Assembly: GCF_009914755.1 (NCBI RefSeq)
Contig: NC_060930.1
Length of the DNA stretch: 64,000 bases
From: the human T2T-CHM13v2.0 reference genome, Homo sapiens
Reading direction: 5' to 3' (one strand)
Part shown: positions 57,740 to 64,000 of the stretch, in pieces
Layout: each line of letters starts with the position of its first letter
Numbering within the stretch: position 1 is the first letter of the stretch
Notes under the pieces: model-generated
Databases searched by the model: none
Seen by the model: the letters and a program-made list of their open reading frames with translations, nothing else
Told to the model about the DNA's origin: nothing
Program-made: the position numbers and the translations under genes

Positions 57740-58140
57740 TGCTGGTAGACAATTCTCCACGGGCTTCTCACATTTCTACATGTCTTATGAGCAGAGGAAC
57801 TAACTGACATTATTTCATTCTGTCATTTCAAAAATGTTTGTACAGTGAACAGCCTTGGAAGATGGAGATAGTGCCTCTCTCTAGAGCAAAGGGCAGGCAT
57901 GCTTGCTATTCACCATAAAAAATTCAGGTTCTGTAAGCTTGGAGTCTCTCTCCTATAATGCTTACTATGTGTGCAGGTAGTCGAACTGGTGCAAGAAACT
58001 GCTGAAATGCTAGCTACTGCTGTTGCTAAGAGTAATAAAGTCGATGGTCTTTCTCCCAGGAATGTCACTTCTTTTTCCAGCACCCATGAAAAAATGCTAA
58101 TTATTAGCTGGCAAGTAGTTTTTGCAGGCAGTTCCTGACA
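57740..58140 (+). mobile_element. LTR47-like ERVL solo LTR
   Basis: agacaattctccacggg...aacagccttggaagatggagatagtg...gagcaaagggcagg...agtaataaagtc...cagttcctgaca. Confidence 0.75.
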
Positions 58141-60282
58141 GATCACAGGGCATCTCTCCACCCCATCTGTAGCTTAATGTAAACAAAAACAAAAACAAAA
58201 CCCATGAAACATTTAGAGTCCATGCGTATGAAGTTTTCTGAGTCTTTTGCATTTCTAGCAGGATAATTCTGACATTTTACAATGAGCCCTTGTCTGTGGA
58301 AACTAGATAGGTAGTTGGTGAAAAACAGTCAGCAAGTAATGATACTGCAGACAATTTGGGAGCCTTCAGATAATTCATTACGGATCCTCCACTGCTGACT
58401 TCAGTTCCTTTAAGATCAGCCATGAGCAACCTGGGATATAAGAATTTAGTATGAGGAGCTGCTTTTACTTTTCCATTTTATTACTCAGCACATTTGGAAA
58501 TTATTCTCACTGTTCCTCCCTAGGCTGAATTTTTATTCCTAACCCAGTGCTAAACTTCCATTGCTGGATAGACTTCCAGTCATGTTTGGATGATGATTCT
58601 TGCCAATGTAACCATGTTGTCTCTTAATTTTTTATTGTAATGAGCCAATAGCACAACAAATCATCTCTGATGAGATTTATGCTCATTGAAGAGTGGGCAT
58701 TTTTCTTTTGCATTATAGATTAACTAAGGCCCAATTATGGATAAGAAAGTTCTCCAAGCTTAGGCTGTCTTCTTGTTAAAGGTTAAGGTGATTTTCTAAG
58801 ACTTTACACAGCCCAGTGATTCTGATGTTATTTCTGTACCTGATCCCATCAGACTAATTACTTAGGTTTACTCTTCTCAAGTTTTGTAGCTTAGTTTTGT
58901 CCTGTACATATGTGCTTCACTTACTCTTCTGCCCTCTTCCTTCTGAGCCCCCAGTAAGTCACCCATTTGAATTGGGGAGCTGGTCAACCTTGATACCTTG
59001 CAGAAGCTCAAAAAGTATTCTTAGAAAGATTGAGTGAAGGTACCAGGTATTTCAGGGGACCTTTCAGCAGAGCTCTTCAATCTAACTAGAATCTTGAATG
59101 CCCAATAAGAATACATGGGAACAGGAATAATAGTGCTACAAGTAATACAATGATAATAATCATAATACCAATGTTGTCTGGGTGCTTACTATACGCCTAG
59201 TACTGGGCCAAGTGCTTTGAATGTACTGCCTCATATAATCCTTGCAAAATTACTGTGTGATTATTAACATTATTAGATAAATAAAAGGACACAGAGAGGT
59301 TACGTAATTTTCTCAAAGTCACTTAGTGACAGAACTGAGATCCCACCACCTTGTAATCTGCTGAACATATTACATGATTAAAAACGAACAGGGAAGTTTT
59401 TATTTTGGGTAAATCTGAATTAAATCAACCATAAAAATGTCTTCTTTGTTTCAGATTACAGATGGGTCATCAACTAATACACTTGAAAGCTTAGAATCAG
59501 AGCTAACCTGGACAAACCAAACTTTTATTGAAAGCAAGCCATCGATATTTTGGTTCAACTCCTCATTCACAGATCTCCCTCTCAGAGCAATTGGATGATT
59601 AATGAATTAATTCTTTCATTTTTTCTACAAATATTTATCAAAACCTGACGGTGAATAGCACTGTCTCTAAAAATTCCTTCCTTTTAGGGGAAGGAGAGCA
59701 TTCCTCGTGGCCCTGCTTGAGGCCAGATGTTTACCCCAGGGATTGGGAAAAGACAGAAGAGCCAGGAAGGGTGCAAGGTACAGGCTGAGGAACCTTTCAC
59801 TGTTGTAAGTTATGTCTGTGTCTGTGTCTTTCTCTGCTGCTGCCTTTGTGCTAAGTATGCTACCTGACACACGGTAGTTGCTTCATAAAAAGGGTCAAAT
59901 TAAATGAAAGCAACAGCTCTCTTGGATGTTCTTGTTTTTCCTTAACCATTCTGGAATTTTACTTATTAAGCTTGTTGACTGGAATAATTGGATATATTGG
60001 CTTATTATAAAGTTTCCTGTATTAGATTAAACATGATTAACTTTCAGTTTCTGCCCTTTATTTTTCTTTAACCAAAAATAACCTCATTAATCCCCAGATA
60101 TCATAATTTTTAGTATTGTGTTTTGGACTTAGATCTGTATCTCTCTATTTCACTCCCAAGGTACAGAGAGCAATGCGATAGAAAAACTGCTTACATGTGA
60201 GTAAATATTACGTTGAGCCGTATGAAATTCATATTTGAAAGTTTTTAACCTTTAGTAAAAAGATTCTTTAGGTTAAACTTAA

Positions 60283-60603
<321 letters not shown>

Positions 60604-60660
60604 ATGTGTGTGTGTGTTTTAATAAAACATCTACAATGTCTACAAAAGAATACACATTTC

Positions 60661-60953
60661 TCTCTTTTTAGAGACAGAGTCTTGCTCTGTTGCCCAGGTA
60701 GAGTGCAGTGGTGCAGTCATAGATCACTGCAGCCTTGACCTCCTGAGCACAAGTGATCCTCTTGCCTCAGCCTCTTGAGTAGCTAAGACTACAGGCATGC
60801 ACACCATGCCCGGCCTATTTTTTATTTTTATTTTTTGTAGAGATGAGGTCTTGCTATGTTGTCCAGGCTGGTCCCATATTCCTGGCCTCAAGTGAACCTC
60901 CAACCTCAGCCTCCCAAAGTGCTGGGATTACAAGCACAGGCCACTGTGCCCGG
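60661..60953 (-). mobile_element. AluJ-like
   Basis: Antisense diverged dimer; degenerate TSD agaata(c/a)ac(a/g)tttctct. Confidence 0.88.
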
Positions 60954-61343
60954 CAGAATAAACGTTTCTCTACAAACATTTCCATGATACACTCCAGGAT
61001 GGAGAATAATGTCTGACCATAATGAATGATATTTGTGTTTTTCCATTTCTTTATCAATTTCTTCCCATCTGGATGTTCTGCGTCACAAAACCTTGCTTTC
61101 CTAGCTCCAACTATAATGTGCATATGTGCTGGATAATTTATCTCATATTCTTTGAGGCTTTGTGAGTATTATTAGAATGAGAGGAAACCATGGGTTCTTG
61201 TTTCATTGCTTTAACAAAAATTTACTGAGTGCCAACAAAAACAATATCTACCTCATGAACAAAAACCAAAAGACACAGCCCTTGCCTCCTTGGAATGTAT
61301 TTGTTATGGTTTGTATTGCTTATATCAAATAGCTTTGTAAGTA

Positions 61344-61684
61344 CTGCCATGCATCACTTTAGCAAGGGAGATACATTCCGAGAAATGAATCATTAGGCAA
61401 TTTTGTCATTGTGAGAACATCATAATGTTTTTACTTAGATGCTATAGCCAACTACACACCTAAGCTACACAGTATAGCCTTTGCTCCTAGGCTGTAAACC
61501 TGCACAGCATGTTACTGTATTGAATACTGCAGGCAATTTTAACACAATGATAAGTATCTGTGTATCTAAACATAAAAAAGGTACAGTAAAAATACAGTAT
61601 AAAAGCTTCACTATAATCTTATGAGACCACTGTCACATATATGGTCTATCATTGATCAAAACATACTCATGTGACACATGGTTG
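61344..61684. mobile_element. Tigger3a (MER7A) DNA transposon
   Basis: gatacattccgagaaatgaatcattaggcaattttgtcattgtg...ctcctaggctgtaaacctgcacagcatgttactgtattgaatactg. Confidence 0.85.
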
Positions 61685-61879
61685 TAAGTGTAAAATTATA
61701 GCTGTGATGGGTGCTTTGAAGGAGAATGCATGATATTATATTTATGAGTATTAGTGGGAATTGATCAAATACATGAGGTCAGGGAGGGTCTTTCTGAGGT
61801 AGCGAAGGCTGAGCCAAGGTTAAGTGCAGCTGTTAACCTGATGAAAGGGGTCGAGCAGTAGGGATATGAAGCGATGCAA

Positions 61880-62000
61880 TTCAGTTCAGTTCAGTGAACG
61901 TTTATAGAGTGCCTACCATGTGCCAGACACGATGCTTAGATGCTGGGAAATAAAATATGAATAAGACATGGTCTTTGCCCCCAGTAAATAGCTCACTATA
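61880..62000 (-). mobile_element. L2 3' end
   Basis: ttcagttcagtgaacgtttatagagtgcctaccatgtgccagacac...gaataagacatggtctttgccc. Confidence 0.7.
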
Positions 62001-64000
62001 CAAAGGTTTCCTTGTCATTTAATTTATAAATTAGGAGAGCCACTCTTTATGTATTTATTTTGCTTCTGTGTAATTTGAGTTTTGTTTTCTCAGGATTGCC
62101 TCACTGAAGCAAGTCCTAAATCAAATACAGTCTTTGTCATGGAGTCAAAGTTTCACAAACAAACACGCATAGTTTGCTAGATTAAAGTCCAATAACGCTA
62201 TTCTAGGCTTTACCATCAACTGAATGTGGTCCCACAGCATAGATCATGCCTGTTTCAGTCTGCCAACAGCGTGGCTCCAGGAAGGAAGCCTGACTGCTGC
62301 AGAACAAGAAATGCATTATGACTTTATCTTTTTTCTAAACCATTAGCTGAAATTACTAAATTATTAACCCAGCCATATAAATGAATTATAAACATAGCAT
62401 ATGTGCATTTGATTAATCTGTTTTTCATGTCAAGTGTTATACAGACCTGGGGTACAAACTCATGGGGATACTTAAGTAACACACAGATGAAGTATAAAGG
62501 GTGTAAACCAAGGGAGAGGCAGGAAGTGTGGCAAAATGGTGATTGCCAAAACAGCAAAAGAAAAACAAAGAAACCAAACAATGCACACCACAGCCAGATT
62601 TTTGCCCCAGCCTATAGGGCACCTCTCCATTCTCTGCACCCACCTAAAGCACATTCTAGAACGGTCATTATTACTCCCACCTTTGGTCTAGGCCCCTTCG
62701 TTATCTTTCTGATTCTGGCATTCTTCGCTTATTCTAGAATTTACTAACTTTTGGCCTGCTTGGTTCTTGCTGTGATCTTGGTGGAGAACTTGCCTTGGGC
62801 TAGTTCTGAGCTACAGATCCTCCACTCCTTTGCTTTGCCTTGTCTGGACCTCTGCACCACCATGCTTCAGAACCCCAAGACCCTGCTCTGACCACCACGC
62901 TGCTGGGCCTGCTCCTTTTGCTAGGATGGACAGACCTCCAGGAAGGGATGGATGAGAAGGCCAGTGACACCTAGATCTGTGTCTCTGTCCTGCTGTCTCA
63001 TTTCATTATTTTCTAAGTTTTCACTCTTCTTTGCAGGGACTCACAAATTTCCTTTATAGGTTAGTATCAATGTATTATACTATTAAGGCTCTTGTCCTGG
63101 CCTCAAATCCTAAACAGCTTTTCTTTTTCTCATGTGTTTGTTTATTTATTTATTTTAGGAGGTGTACTTCATCTTTGGGACTTATTTATTAGGGGACAAG
63201 TAATATTTCCAGGTTACAGAAGAGGGCATTTCCATATTGCAACGTTAAGGGCCTTGTCCATCCTCATTTATTATGGAGCAATCAAGTAAAAAAGAATAAT
63301 AGCTCCCAAATTTGGTTTCTTATTTGCGTATGCACAATCAATATTGTACAGATCCTATAACTATATTAACCAAATGGTTGAGCATTAGTGGTTTAAGTTA
63401 ATAAAGTAAGAAGTTTAAAGACTCTTTTTTAAGAAATTAAGTTAGAGGAAGCATTAAGTGGCCTTTTGGAAGATGCAAAATATACCCCTATATTCACAAT
63501 CTATAAAACTTTTGAGACTTAACTTTTGAGACTTCAGTGTGTTGTGTTTTTAGCAATTCCACACTCTTCCCATGAAGCGTTATTATTATCAACGCTGTTG
63601 AAGGTAGCTGTGATTTTTGCCTAAAATCTCTAAGTGAAGGTTATGAATAGCATTGTCAGACTCCCTGGCAAGTTGTTTGTGCATCTCATTTCCAGATTAT
63701 TCTGTAAAAAGGAATTTACATGAATACCATTTTATCCATTAAGTAACTGTTTCTGCTTAATTTTTTTCTGGAAATATTTTAAACAATATACTCCAGTAAT
63801 GAGCTAGCCTAAGATATTCTTGTGTTATTTTGGAGCCAGTTGCTAGTGACTCATAGCACACTGGGCATCCAAGCTATGGTTAACTGGTGGTCAAGTTAGG
63901 AAATTTTGTTCCCATTAACTCTTTCTTAGCCCAGGACATCTCTCCACTCAACTTTTATTCTTTTGATTCATCACACTCATAGTCTCTGCTTGGTGTTTTC

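Overview
This window is human (or near-identical great-ape) genomic DNA centred on CCN2 (CTGF, chr6q23). CCN2 lies on the minus strand: five exons, CDS join(32210-32145, 32030-31808, 31581-31330, 31198-30987, 30598-30302) = 1050 nt = 349 aa + stop, all introns GT-AG. It has a TATA promoter with TEAD, SMAD and BCE-1 elements, a CpG island, and a ~1.1 kb 3'UTR carrying the CAESAR stem and several miRNA seed matches. The flanks are ordinary mammalian intergenic DNA dense in L1, Alu, L2, MIR, LTR and DNA-transposon fossils, and nearly all other ORFs in the track are repeat-derived or GC-shadow artefacts. I see no new gene or new gene system. The best non-obvious observations are: (i) several locally templated duplications, including a double fold-back at 48.6-48.8 kb, an inverted 162-bp L1 copy and a 159-bp direct copy that preserves an Alu empty site; (ii) an in-frame, stop-free intron 1 inside the CCN2 signal peptide; (iii) a compact TCF/TEAD/AP-1/SMAD/ETS/CArG module ~3.5 kb upstream of the TSS; (iv) miR-143/26/145 seeds packed inside CAESAR; (v) a 43-bp minisatellite with 86-bp higher-order structure. 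Repeat subfamily calls and rs numbers are from recall and need RepeatMasker/dbSNP confirmation.
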